From Welwitschia mirabilis (Eukaryota), in NCBI GenBank assembly GCA_051453625.1, contig JBOZIK010000001.1, positions 6,398,147 through 6,457,254 on the forward strand: a DNA stretch of 59,108 nucleotides. The letters run 5' to 3'. Made by a program: the position numbers and the translations under genes. Below are positions 39,901-53,000 of the stretch, one piece after another. The notes below the pieces were generated by a model. It searched no databases. It was given only the letters and a program-made list of their open reading frames with translations, and had not been told where the DNA came from. Each line of letters begins with the position of its first letter. Positions within the stretch are counted from its first letter, which is position 1.

Positions 39901-41256
39901 CCATCTATTATGGAAGATTTCTTACATTACATCATGGATGTTATCTTCTATGATAGAGAAGTATGATTTGAAGAGTTTGACTAGCCACTCATCAAGGCCA
40001 GGGGCTCGGTTATTTTTCATCGATCTGACTACGGTTAAGATTTCTTTTTTATTGAGGGGTTTAATCAACATGTTATTATCCTCCTTTAAAACTTTCTTGT
40101 TTTCTAGAATTAGGTTGGAGGTGATATCGTCCCACTCCCAGATTCTCTGAAGATGGGCCTACAGTTCCTTATCTATTTTCTCTTTACTTTCTATGTCTTG
40201 ACCTCCTATAGTAAGTTTTCTGATTTTGTTATCAGATCTGTGCTGGTTAGCTTACTGAAAGAAGAATCTAGTATATTTATCATCCTCTTTAAGCCACTTG
40301 ATCCTTGAGTGTTCTCTCTAATAATGTTTTTCATCATCATGTATTTCTTGGAGATCCATTAGGAACTGATATTCTTTATTTTGAAGACTGTCCTGATTAC
40401 CTTCCTCCTCCTGCCTGACTTGAATACATTTGAGTTCCTCCTTAAGTTTAGCCTTTGAGTTACACCTCTCTTATCTTTCCTTTTCCAATCTCTTATGTGA
40501 GCCTTTAAGGTATTGAGGCCTCTATACAAGAAAGTTATAGGTTGGATACTATCATAATGTACCCAAATCTTTTCCAATAGTACTCTAGATTTTGTCCAAT
40601 TGATTTAATACCATTCTATATGAAACAGAGTTTTTGAGGATGAAAACATCCCTAGTTTAAGTATAATGGAATGGTGATCCGAGGTAATCTTGTTCAGACC
40701 ACGGGCTTCGAGTGAAAGTTTAGCTAGATCCTTCCCAGCCATTACTCTGTCAATCTAACACATTATCAGCTCAGTACCTGCTCTTTTATTTGGTCATATG
40801 TATTTGCATCCAGTAATAGGGACATCTATGTGGGAGTATCTTATCAAAAAATCTTTTAGGATTGAAGCCCCCCCAGAGTTCTAGTTGTCACAACCTGATT
40901 TTTCCCAGCAATGGAGGCATTAGTTAAAGTCATACAATATTAGCCATTTAGATTTATCTACTACAGTTCTCTGTGCTTCTTCCAATATCACAACTTTAGA
41001 TAGATTGTGCTTCAGGTTGTAGATATGTGTAACATTCAATCTTCATTCTTACAAATCAAATCTGCCTCTTTTTTGGTACGACCCCAATAGTAAAAGATGT
41101 CCATTGTTTCCCCAAATTCATTTTTCCCATATCATTTTTTAAGTTTGTTTCCTGTAAGCAAAGTAAATTAATATTATTTTGATTAATCATATTTTGTAGG
41201 GTATTTTTCTTATAGGAGGACCCTAAGTCCCTACAATTCCATGAGATACAATTCAT
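36984..41256 (-). pseudogene. Decayed LINE ORF2 with C-terminal extension: APE endonuclease-RT-zf-RVT-accessory domain-S/P linker-J-domain
   Basis: EN: MNCISWNCRDLG..LCLQET and TSDH at about 40675. RT: GRGLRQGDPLSPYLF, HYADDT at about 39310-39330, YLGI at about 39115. zf-RVT: KIKVFYWLKEHQRILTRD and FWQIWQIRN at about 38250-38280. J-domain ORF at 36984-37214. Confidence 0.85.
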
Positions 41257-41927
41257 TGGGAGTATTTTTGCCCTTTTCTGGGCACTTGTCCTTTTCTTAA
41301 TGTGTCTTTAATAGTTGCTTGAAAACTATTTGTGACATTCTCTATTGTTTCTCATTCTCGTAAGGTTCTATTGCTAGGGCTTCTTTTCATTTGGGTTTCC
41401 ATTTCATTGGATTCTTCATTGTGTAGGAATTGTAAGGGGTTATTATTGTCCATGAGAGGTTGAAATGGATTCTCTTGTTCCAGAACTTTCTTTTTCTTGT
41501 TTTCCTTGGGAAAAATAGTGGTAATTTTTTCTATTTGTTTCTTTCATTACTTATTTTAGCATATGTTCTGATTATGACTNNNNNNNNNNNNNNNNNNNNN
41601 NNNNNNNNNNNNNNNNNNNNNNNNNNNNNNNNNNNNNNNNNNNNNNNNNNNNNNNNNNNNNNNNNNNNNNNNNNNNNNNTTCCAGAACTTTCTTTTTCTT
41701 GTTTTCCTTTGGAAAAATAGTGTTAATTTTTTCTATTTGTTTCTTTCATTACTTATTTTAGCATATGTTCTGATTATGACTATTCTTCCCACAAAAAGTA
41801 TAGGTTTTATTTTGCTTTTCTTCAATATTAATTAGTCTTTTCTGGCATTCTTTGCATAGATGATCCAATCTTCCACAATGTGAGCATTTCTTCTGGAAAG
41901 GAGCGCATCTTCCAGAGGGGTGTATTA
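41253..41927 (-). pseudogene. LINE ORF1 C-terminal part with a CCHC zinc knuckle
   Basis: CSHCGRLDHLCKEC (CX2CX4HX4C) at about 41845-41886. The ORF1 stop TGA overlaps the ORF2 ATG (ATGA, 41253-41256). Confidence 0.85.
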
Positions 41928-43699
41928 NNNNNNNNNNNNNNNNNNNNNNNNNNNNNNNNNNNNNNNNNNNNNNNNNNNNNNNNNNNNNNNNNNNNNNNNN
42001 NNNNNNNNNNNNNNNNNNNNNNNNNNNNNNNNNNNNNNNNNNNNNNNNNNNNNNNNNNNNNNNNNNNNNNNNNNNNNNNNNNNNNNNNNNNNNNNNNNNN
42101 NNNNNNNNNNNNNNNNNNNNNNNNNNNNNNNNNNNNNNNNNNNNNNNNNNNNNNNNNNNNNNNNNNNNNNNNNNNNNNNNNNNNNNNNNNNNNNNNNNNN
42201 NNNNNNNNNNNNNNNNNNNNNNNNNNNNNNNNNNNNNNNNNNNNNNNNNNNNNNNNNNNNNNNNNNNNNNNNNNNNNNNNNNNNNNNNNNNNNNNNNNNN
42301 NNNNNNNNNNNNNNNNNNNNNNNNNNNNNNNNNNNNNNNNNNNNNNNNNNNNNNNNNNNNNNNNNNNNNNNNNNNNNNNNNNNNNNNNNNNNNNNNNNNN
42401 NNNNNNNNNNNNNNNNNNNNNNNNNNNNNNNNNNNNNNNNNNNNNNNNNNNNNNNNNNNNNNNNNNNNNNNNNNNNNNNNNNNNNNNNNNNNNNNNNNNN
42501 NNNNNNNNNNNNNNNNNNNNNNNNNNNNNNNNNNNNNNNNNNNNNNNNNNNNNNNNNNNNNNNNNNNNNNNNNNNNNNNNNNNNNNNNNNNNNNNNNNNN
42601 NNNNNNNNNNNNNNNNNNNNNNNNNNNNNNNNNNNNNNNNNNNNNNNNNNNNNNNNNNNNNNNNNNNNNNNNNNNNNNNNNNNNNNNNNNNNNNNNNNNN
42701 NNNNNNNNNNNNNNNNNNNNNNNNNNNNNNNNNNNNNNNNNNNNNNNNNNNNNNNNNNNNNNNNNNNNNNNNNNNNNNNNNNNNNNNNNNNNNNNNNNNN
42801 NNNNNNNNNNNNNNNNNNNNNNNNNNNNNNNNNNNNATTAAAATAAATGAATTTCTTTAGGTAAAATTTCGTGATCTCATTATTGTTTTCTTTTATAAAA
42901 CTACATAAATAAATTAAGTAATTATTTAATATCTTAATTAAATTTGAGTCTCTTACAAATTATATCTTAGTACCAATTTGAAGCTTTTAAGTGGATCTAC
43001 ATTTTGGTATTAAAGCATCATTGTTTGAAGTTTTTCAGTTATTAAAGTAGCCTTAACAACAATTAAGTCACTTTGAGTCATGTTGTTATATGAAATTTGA
43101 TACCTCTTAAAATTTAGTAAATTAATGTATTTTTAATTATATAAATGCCATACTTATTATTACATTATTATTAGACATGTCTTATTCCTTAATTTTCAAA
43201 AATATTATTTAAAGAGAATAATTCATGGTGTTTTATTAATGGGTTATTTAGTTACCAAAACTTTGTTGGAACTAATTAAACTAAAGGGACTAGCATCATT
43301 GTGAATTCTACTTGCATCATTTATTTTTTAAAGATTAACTAGTTTAGAAAGAAAGTTAAGGCTAAATAGAGGGTAAGTTAATGAATTAACCTTATAGCCC
43401 AAAGATAAATTAGTCCATTAAGACTAAGGACTACATGTGTATGTTTGCATCACTGCTCAATTATTAATGATGAGGATGTCTAAATGAAATTCAAAATCCT
43501 AAGAGAGGCTATATATGTAATGTCCACATTAAGGTGAATGATTTATTTTATTCTTCTTTCATTCCTGAAGAAAAATTTTCTTTATTCCCACCTACAACTT
43601 ATTTATTTTAACAATTTTATGATGAAGAAGGAAAAAAGTTTAAATAAAAATTAGTAATGAAGTAAAAAGATATTTCTAAGAAGATCTTTAAAAAATGAA

Positions 43700-45900
43700 T
43701 ATCAATAATGATTTATAAAAAGGAAAACCTAACTTAAATAAAAAAGACTACAATCATTTAGAGAAAGAAGTAAGCTATAAAATGATTTATTAAGCAGTTT
43801 GCAAACAGGTAAAAGCTTTTATTCTTGGAGAAAAAGTATACATTTTTAGAATCACATTTATTGAATTTAAAATGGTTACAAAAAATATTTCTTACTATTT
43901 ATGTGTACAGTTGAAGAGGAGATTTTCTAAAAGTAACTTTATCATAGTAAAACTCTATCTTGGAGGATTGAAATATAGTAGTTCCTATCATACTTGGTGT
44001 TGCTTCTAAAAACATATTTTACTAGTTATGGAAAGTAATTAACTATAAAAAAGAAATTTTTTTAACTCAAACTTTTGCCATTTTTTCCCCATTTTTTCCC
44101 ATAACTTTTTACTTAAATGTTTGTTTCCATTTTTCCCTATTTTTTCCATACTTTCTATACAAGATTTTATTGCTATTTTTTAATCTTTTTTTTCCATGCT
44201 TCTTTACTCAAAACTCTATCATTAGTTTCCTCTTTTTTCAGTTTGCATTTAACTATTATTTATTTACTTACATAAAGTTCTTATATAATTCATGATTTTA
44301 ATTTCTCTTCTAGAAGTTTACTTTTAATTTTACTTAATTTATTATATAATATTTAGTTTATTTTATTATGCTTTGCAAAAGAGGATTTTAGTATTGTTTT
44401 ACTATGATTTATAAAAGAAAGAATAAGAAATCTTTTGATAAATGAATAGAAAAAACTCTTTGTGAATATAGTATTATAAATCCATTGTTTACTTAAAAAT
44501 ATTTAGTAGAATAGGTTTAAAAAGAATTTAAGTTGTAGAAAATGACAAGAAAAACATCATGTGATAGTTTTAAAGTGAAAGAAATAATTGGAGAACATGT
44601 ATATAATAGAGCTAAAGCTTTAAAAACAATGTGTTCCTTTGTCTTTAAATCTTGATAAAGCTTTAACAAATGGATATTACAATATGAGCATAAAAATATC
44701 TGAGTCATAGCTAAGATGACATAGGAAAAAGCTAAGGATTTTGTTAATACGCTTATAACTTTAAACAAAAGACCTATTCTTTTCAAATGTTTGGTTACAA
44801 TTCTTCAAAGATAGACATAATTTTAAGAACTTCAAATCCCATAAAAACAATTCCTATACAAATGTAGAATTAATTGGAATGGACCTTTTAGAAATTAGAA
44901 AAAAATATAGTAGGTAGTCTTTAAATAATATTTTAAATATGTATGAGATAGGTATTTTTTATTTAATGGCCTTATGTCATACCATTTCTTAAAGAAAATC
45001 TAAAGGAAATAAAAAGGATAAGGTTTGTATCACTCTAGAACATATAACTAATATTGATAACTCTAAAAAGATGGCTCAATATTTTGCTAGTCATACAAAA
45101 TCAATAAGATTTTTTACCAAGAAAACTAGAGAAAAGCTTGACTTTCATTATCTCTATGAAAAAAAAGCCAAAAATGACAAGTTTATTATTTCAATAATGG
45201 ATTCTTAATTTAAATCTAAAAATGCATTTAGAAAATCATTACATCTTTTTGTTAATTAATAATGCCCTTTATATTTTTAGGATGGAAAAGGGTGAAGTAA
45301 CACTTATAAACATTTAAGTTTTATTTCTTCCTCTTAGTACGATAACAAAAATTTAACCCATGGATGTAATAATAATTTATTCATATAAAAGACACTATAG
45401 AAAGTTGAAAGTTAAGATGCATTAGATTGATATAGAGTGTGGGAAGCAAATATCTACAAGGTAAATCAAGTAGAGGTAATAAGATGGTTTAGAATAGCAT
45501 GGCATGAACTCTTACCATTAACCATTTAGCATTGTTGGAAGCATATTAAAATTTGATAATCCTCTAGTAATAAGCTTCTACTAGAACATAATGCTCCACT
45601 TGAAAAGGATTCATTGAAATCCTTAAATTAAGAAGAAAAAGATTAAGAATAAATTTTTTATATAAGTGAAATTATTAAATGTGAGGGATAAAATGCCCAT
45701 AAAAAAGTTTATAAATCTATAAATAGAGGAAGATATTCATTAGGAGTTTTTAGATGAAGATTTTATCACTTTAGTAGTACTAAATGCAAAAATTCTAGAG
45801 CATAATTATAAAGAGGTTGAAAATTTTTATTTAATTTTTCAATAAAATATAATCTTCCTATTTTAAGGGATGTATTTAAATTCATTGATGAAGTTATATA
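43700..45900 (+). mobile_element. Decayed pogo/Tigger-type (CENP-B-like HTH + DDE_1) transposase
   Basis: LDKAL..KWILQYEHK..EKAKDF..FSNVWLQFFKDRHNF at about 44650-44830. NMYEIGIF (NMDETGLF-like) at about 44937, KKDKVCIT at about 45012 and FLPLSTITKI*PMD at about 45325-45365. Confidence 0.75.
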
Positions 45901-46199
45901 TGAAAAAGAAGAGACTATCAGGTACCTCAAAAAAGCTTAAATAAAACTTTGTGAATAAGTTAGAAAAGAAGAAGTCATAAACAAAACACAAAAATTAAGA
46001 TAAAATAATGTCCATAAGTTTCAAATATTTATAAGATGATAATTTGTATTTTTTTTAATTCTATTATTTTCATATGAGATACAAAATATCTTAAAAAGTT
46101 TAGTGTAAAACTTCCCTTTATTATTTTCCCACATACCAACACCTCCCAACCACTCCATCTTTTTTTTCTTGTATTTTGTAGTGATTATTAATTTATATA

Positions 46200-47700
46200 G
46201 GTATTGATTTAAACACATTGAACATATGTAGTAGATACCTTTTTAACTACATAACACAATATATTATTTATGATAATATATCTTATGAGAGAATTAATTA
46301 TATGTTTTCTAACTCATAATGACTAACAAATTGATTGAAAAGAGTAATCTTGGAATAAGATTATTATAATCTTCTTATTAACTTCTATGTCTGTCTTTAA
46401 GACCACAAAAACAATTATTTTACTAATGACACTTTGGAAACACACTTTTTAGATTAAATGTAAATTAAAACTTTCATACTATTTGAAAGATTTCTACTAA
46501 ATGATCTAAATATTGTGATGCACATTTTGATTTCATCATGATAGCATTCACATAATTCTTTATTTATTTATACATATACTAATGAAAAATATATGTTATG
46601 ACTCTTTAATTTATGGCTCTAGAATTTTTCAATCCAAAAGACTTCATTACATAATAAAATAATCCCCACAATGTGATAAAGATGGCCTTAATCTAATATT
46701 TAGGATGAATAATAATTTATTTGTACGTTACATATTCATTCATAAGTGAAAATAGATCATAGCCAAATGTATTGTCAATGAGTATGTTGATGTCTAGCAG
46801 TGGAAATTGTCTTTTGATGTAATTTTATTCAAATCTCTAAAATGATTGCATATCCTAGTCATCTGATTTTTCTTCATCATGACTATCATGTTTAACAATC
46901 AATGTGAGTAGTATACTAGTTTAATGAAACCATTTATAAGTAGTCATTAAATTTCTTTCTTTAAAATAAGATTTTACTTGATTTAACAAGCATGTTATGG
47001 AATGACTATTTTTTAGTTTATTCATGGTATATCCTTATAATACCATATGAAAAATATCTTCATTCTTAACCAAGAAATTCTTAATTTGAGTTTTAATATC
47101 ATAACTAATGTCATAACCAATTTTTAGTACTATAATCTATACTAAATTTCTTAATGTCTACAGTTTTTTCTTTTATAAACAAGAACATGCTTGAAATGTT
47201 TTTTATTTTTCTTTTTCCTAAGAAGTTGTGAAAAATATTTTTGGAATCTCTAAATTTCTAAGTTCATAGGCCATATGAATCCTTTTCCATTTTATATAAA
47301 CCTTAGACTCATCATTAATTAATCCATTTACTTATTGTAAAGAAAAAAACAATCAAACACATAAATTAAAACTCTTAGCATTCACAATGAACATGTTAAA
47401 TGATATACATGAAATTAATTAATCAAGTTTAATTCTATGATCATAATATTATATATTTAGCATAATTAATCCACTATATTTATGGTGTAACCTTTTGTGA
47501 ACTTAAGGAAAAGATATTTTAATAGGAATTACATTTTTATAGGAATTAGAAGAGGTTATGGCATAATGATATCACCATTAGAGTAAATAAAAATAAAGTA
47601 ATAGTACCATGATGTACTTGAAGAATTGGAATCTACTAAACATATTTTCAAATGAGCTTAATACAATTCATAGGAATATTGTTAAATATTCTCTTGAAAT
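46200..47700 (-). mobile_element. Decayed Tat-like Ty3/gypsy RT fragment
   Basis: MMKKNQMTRICNHFRDLNKITSKDNF..DINILIDNTFGYDLFSLM..IFITLWGLFYYVMKSFGLKN at about 46620-46900. Confidence 0.7.
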
Positions 47701-49749
47701 TCATTAAACTATAAGTCCTTTTACTCTTTTAATGTTTTAATTATATTTAACTTATTTATTATTTTATTTTAAAATGCAAAGGTTTTGTAGATATCTGTAC
47801 TTTCATGTGCTTTTCTATTTTTTCCTCCTTCCTTTTTTTTTTTTGATTTTGGTGTTTTCCTCTTTCCTTATATGTTTTACTGATGTAAGGATTTTGGATA
47901 AGGGACTTCTTAGTTTAAGACACATGTTCTCACTTTTTTCTATTTGAAGATCTAGATTTTCTTCCTTATCAAAAATGATTTATATATTATCTATAGAGTC
48001 TATAGTTTCAAGTATTTTCCCACCTTCTTTTTAGAGGATTCTTTTTTCTTCTACATTCTTTTGTTATCCTTCAATAATAGCATATTTATTTAAGGCTTTC
48101 TCATATCCCAGTATTATTGAAGCTATAAAAATTGATAAAGGTATTTATTTTTTTAAATGTACTTACTTATTTATTTGAAATTTTTAAATATTATTTTGAT
48201 TTAAAACTTAAAAAAATTTATATATATTTATATTATGATGTTGTATTTCTTGCAGTTTAAATTCATGAGACTTAGAGCTAAAGTAATGGTAAAGTATCAT
48301 GGAATTTGAACAAGATCACAATGAAGAGTACACTTTAGAGGAGGGTGACCTTAAGGTTGTAAGAGAAAAGAGTCAACTAAGGTTAGATTTTCCCATGTCC
48401 TTTAATTAAAAAACAGAAGTCCTCTAGTAACAGTGCTAGAGAAATTTGCCAAGCAAAACATCACAAAGTAAAGATGCAAGAATAAGTTTTAGATGAAAAT
48501 ATAAATCTATTAGGCATTTCAAGCGAAACAAGGAGGGATAAAAATATTGAAATCATAATAAATAGTTTATATTCATCTATTGAATCTATAAAAGACATTA
48601 AATTTAATATTGATAAGGGTGATAAAAGCTATTTGGCATGAAAAAGTTATAACTTTAAGAAAAGTTTATAACTTTAAATGGGTAATCCAAATGACAATTT
48701 TTTTTTCTTAAAGAAAGATGTAATATCCTCTAAGGGCTTGAAATACTTTAGGCTTTTTAATCTTCTTTAGTATTTAAATATCTCTATTAATTATTTCCAA
48801 TGATATCAGTTATTTCCAATGATATCATAAAGTGTTTTAACATTTCTTGTGATCATTTTTCATTTAAATTTTAGGGTTGTCATGTCCACAGTAGCATGGG
48901 AAAATTACTTAATTTATTTTTCGAAGTAACACAAACTAACCCCTTTTAAAATCCCTCATTACATAATAAAAATATTTAATGAAAAAGTTAAGAATTTCTA
49001 GGGGAAAGATCCTTGAACTTATCAATGTCATACCCTTTTAGATATGGTCACTTCTAGGGTCATAAGAAATGACAAAAAGGATTATATTTCTTTTTAAACA
49101 AAAGTGATGGCTAGAAATATAATGCTTAATTTTAAGTTATTTATATTTTATAAATATTTCTAGTGTTAGATTCATAGTTGTATGATTAGTTTAAAAATGT
49201 TATAAGGATTTTTCCTATCATGTGGAATTATTTTTTATTATTGATGCTAGTTTCTATCCATAAAAAGATGATCGGAGGTGAGATTACTATTAGCAGTAGT
49301 GAACAACCTATTTAAACTAAGTTAAATACTATCTATCCAATATGGATGAGCATGGAAAAGACGGAAGTTAGCAAAGGCCTTCCCTTTAGATTTATTTTGT
49401 ATAAGATTTAGATACTAATTTAGACTTAACATTCAACTAAGGAGTTTCAATATTGGTTAATGAGGAAGTGGAGTTCAACAAGGACAAAATAAAAATTTTG
49501 AAAGGAGAAAAGTCCATTATTGTAGTGTTGTATAAGTAGCTTAGAATAGTAATTCATTGAGGTATATAAGAGAGGGCATAAATCCTTTAGATGAATTTTT
49601 CCATGACTTCCAAGCATTTTGAAGTAGTTGGCACAAATAAATATGTTAAATATTTTTCATTTACTTTTTATTTTTAGCATCAAATATCTAGTTTTCTAAA
49701 TATGCATAATAAGTTCATTGTTTTTTTCTTTTTTAATCTTTTAGTAAAG

Positions 49750-50010
49750 GATACAAAAGGATGAAACCATATAAAGGTCGTGATCTTTAGATTTCATTAG
49801 TGATGGCATTAAAAAAATGTTAAACATAAATTAATTAAAACTTTTATTATTTTATTTTATTCATCTTAGTGTTGAGTGAAGGGTATAGATGGATGAGACC
49901 ATATGAAGGGCATGATCTTTAGATTTCATTAGATATGACATTAAAAAAAATGTTAAACATAAATTAATTAAAACTTTTATTATCTTCTTTTATTCATCTT
50001 AGTATTTAGT
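49750..50010. repeat. ~130-bp direct tandem duplication
   Basis: GGATGARACCATATRAAGG..TGATCTTTAGATTTCATTAG...TTATTCATCTTAGT occurs twice. Confidence 0.85.
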
Positions 50011-53000
50011 GTTAACTTAGTTTATTTTTCTTTCATTTAGTTTTTAATTAGGAGTGAGTCATTAATTTCATTTTATGGAGGTGTAAGACTTTCATTCACC
50101 ATAATTTTAGAAGAATTTGTATAAAATTTTAGTTGTCAAAACATTATCTATGTAATTTATTTTTTACTAGTTATTATCAAGAGATCACTAGGGTATTTAA
50201 GGTCCTAATTTATGTCACAACTAAATATCATGAAAAAACGTAGTTTAAAGAGCATTAAAATAGAACAAGTGAAGGTCGATTTAATACATTGTGAAAATTA
50301 AATTATAGATTTAAAGAAAAATGTCTTAATTCTTAATAAAGACATAATAAAATCTCAATATTTGTTTGAAATCCTTGATGAAGAAAATAAGATTACATTT
50401 GAAAAGAGAAGAAAAAATGGTAGAAATTATAAGTTAGCTAGCATTGGACTAGTTGTTTTTATGGTATTCGTTTAATAATTAGAATGATATGANNNNNNNN
50501 NNNNNNNNNNNNNNNNNNNNNNNNNNNNNNNNNNNNNNNNNNNNNNNNNNNNNNNNNNNNNNNNNNNNNNNNNNNNNNNNNNNNNNNNNNNNNNNNNNNN
50601 NNNNNNNNNNNNNNNNNNNNNNNNNNNNNNNNNNNNNNNNNNNNNNNNNNNNNNNNNNNNNNNNNNNNNNNNNNNNNNNNNNNNNNNNNNNNNNNNNNNN
50701 NNNNNNNNNNNNNNNNNNNNNNNNNNNNNNNNNNNNNNNNNNNNNNNNNNNNNNNNNNNNNNNNNNNNNNNNNNNNNNNNNNNNNNNNNNNNNNNNNNNN
50801 NNNNNNNNNNNNNNNNNNNNNNNNNNNNNNNNNNNNNNNNNNNNNNNNNNNNNNNNNNNNNNNNNNNNNNNNNNNNNNNNNNNNNNNNNNNNNNNNNNNN
50901 NNNNNNNNNNNNNNNNNNNNNNNNNNNNNNNNNNNNNNNNNNNNNNNNNNNNNNNNNNNNNNNNNNNNNNNNNNNNNNNNNNNNNNNNNNNNNNNNNNNN
51001 NNNNNNNNNNNNNNNNNNNNNNNNNNNNNNNNNNNNNNNNNNNNNNNNNNNNNNNNNNNNNNNNNNNNNNNNNNNNNNNNNNNNNNNNNNNNNNNNNNNN
51101 NNNNNNNNNTTGAAATTCAAATTAGATAATGATTCTCAGTTGAATGAAAGCAAAAGATTCAAAAATTGGAAGAAATAAAACAACCTCCTCTATGATAAGG
51201 TTGAGGCATATGTTTATCCCATAGGAAACCATGATTTTAAACATAATTAAAAATTGATAATAGATTCAGAGGTAATATTTGCTTTAATGATCTTTCTAAT
51301 CATATTTTTTGATAAGGTTTCTTTTAATCTTTTGATATTTTATTTCCCATCTCTTTCTCTTTTTTTTTTTTTTTTGAATATATTTAACTCTTCTCTTTAT
51401 TATTAGTAAATAAAAAAATACATATTTTTATTTTTATTAATTAAACNNNNNNNNNNNNNNNNNNNNNNNNNNNNNNNNNNNNNNNNNNNNNNNNNNNNNN
51501 NNNNNNNNNNNNNNNNNNNNNNNNNNNNNNNNNNNNNNNNNNNNNNTTTCTTTTTTTTTTTTTTTCTGAATAGATTTAACTCTTCTCTTTATTTTTAGTA
51601 AATAAAACAATACATCTTTTTATTTTTAGTAATTAAACCTATTGTCTTATTTACTATTATATTATTTTAGGTGTTTTTCTATTAATGCTCAACTAATTTT
51701 TTACTTGTGTTTTATTCATTTACAGTATTCAAATTCTAAAGAAAAGTATTTTATTACTTTGTCACTACAAAGAAAAGTTAAGTGATTGAGAAAGAAAGTA
51801 GGAATATGATTGACTCTTAACTTGAACTAGATCTCTAATGCCTACTCAATATTCTTTCTTGTTTTTGCCTTTTTAATTTTCTGTAAAAAAGAATTTTAAG
51901 TAAATAGCATATACTTTTTAATGAGTAATGTAATGAATTTTTGAAGTATTAATATACTTTATTATGCTATGTACATACTTTTTATTTTTCAACATAGTTT
52001 ATATTATATATGTAATACAAAAGCTTTATGGTATATAGATTTCCTTTTCTCTTTGATTTTTTTAATTTATTAAATCTAATTAGGATAATATTCCATAAAG
52101 CATATACTATTTGAATAATTATCTTTTAAGTTACTCATATTTTAGTATGATCATTTTATTAAAGTCTAATCAAATAAGTGGTATAAGTAATTTGCTGATA
52201 TTAAATCATGATTAGTTCTAATGTCTAAATATTTCTCTTTAATTATCTATTTAGTTCTTGGATTTTTCTTTTTAACATTAAAGGTCCTCTTCATAAGGGA
52301 ATTTCCTTGATATGATGAGTACACAGTAATTCAATTTTTGATGTACTACATAAGTAACAACCTTATTTTTCACTATTTACTTCTTTTAAACAACATGTTG
52401 AATAAGGGTAAAAGAAAAATTACATAAAAATTCACACATTTAAATATTTTTATTTTTCACATTTAACCAAATAATTCTTATGGAATTCATTTATTTATCA
52501 TTAAAGCTTCAAATTTCAATAATCTTGGAATTATCAACTTGATTTTCTAGTCCTATGCTTCTTGAACATTTTATTGTAACAACATTGAAGTTTATGCATA
52601 TGTTAATAAAGATTTATTTGATGATAAATTAATTATGTTTGATCTTAATAAAGTGTGGATTCTCTATTAAGACTTGAAAAGGATATTAATGGTTTTTGAA
52701 TTAAAAAATGATGTGTTTCACCATTATGTTTTTACTATAGAGACTATATTTCATTCTAGTTATATCTCTTAGAATATTTTATAAAAATCTTGTTTATATT
52801 TATTTTGATTATTTTGATACTAAATATAATTGAAATTTTTCTAGTGATTAAAGAAGTTTGAAATTTTAGAAAAAATTATTTTCTATTTATGGATATTTCT
52901 ATTATATTTTAGTTGCATTAAATGCATTAATTTTGTAAGGCTTATCTATAAAAATATAATTAATTATCATAATTATTTTTGAATTTTTATTTTATTAGGT

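Larger units (their letters stand above)
36968..41927 (-). mobile_element. Near full-length J-domain L1-type LINE, copy D (both ends in gaps)
   Basis: Contains the ORF1 CCHC knuckle, and ORF2 APE endonuclease, RT, zf-RVT, accessory domain, linker and J-domain (see sub-features). Confidence 0.92.

Noticed and set aside
41478-41781. ~100-bp duplication in LINE ORF1 (similar case at 51355-51640)
   Set aside because: Near-identical copies directly flank a 100-N placeholder gap, so this is most likely an assembly artefact.
1036-51178. Long ORFs in the track at 1036-1960, 31088-32388, 41880-42860 and 50479-51178
   Set aside because: Their lengths come from N runs translated as X. Only the short real-sequence parts were used.
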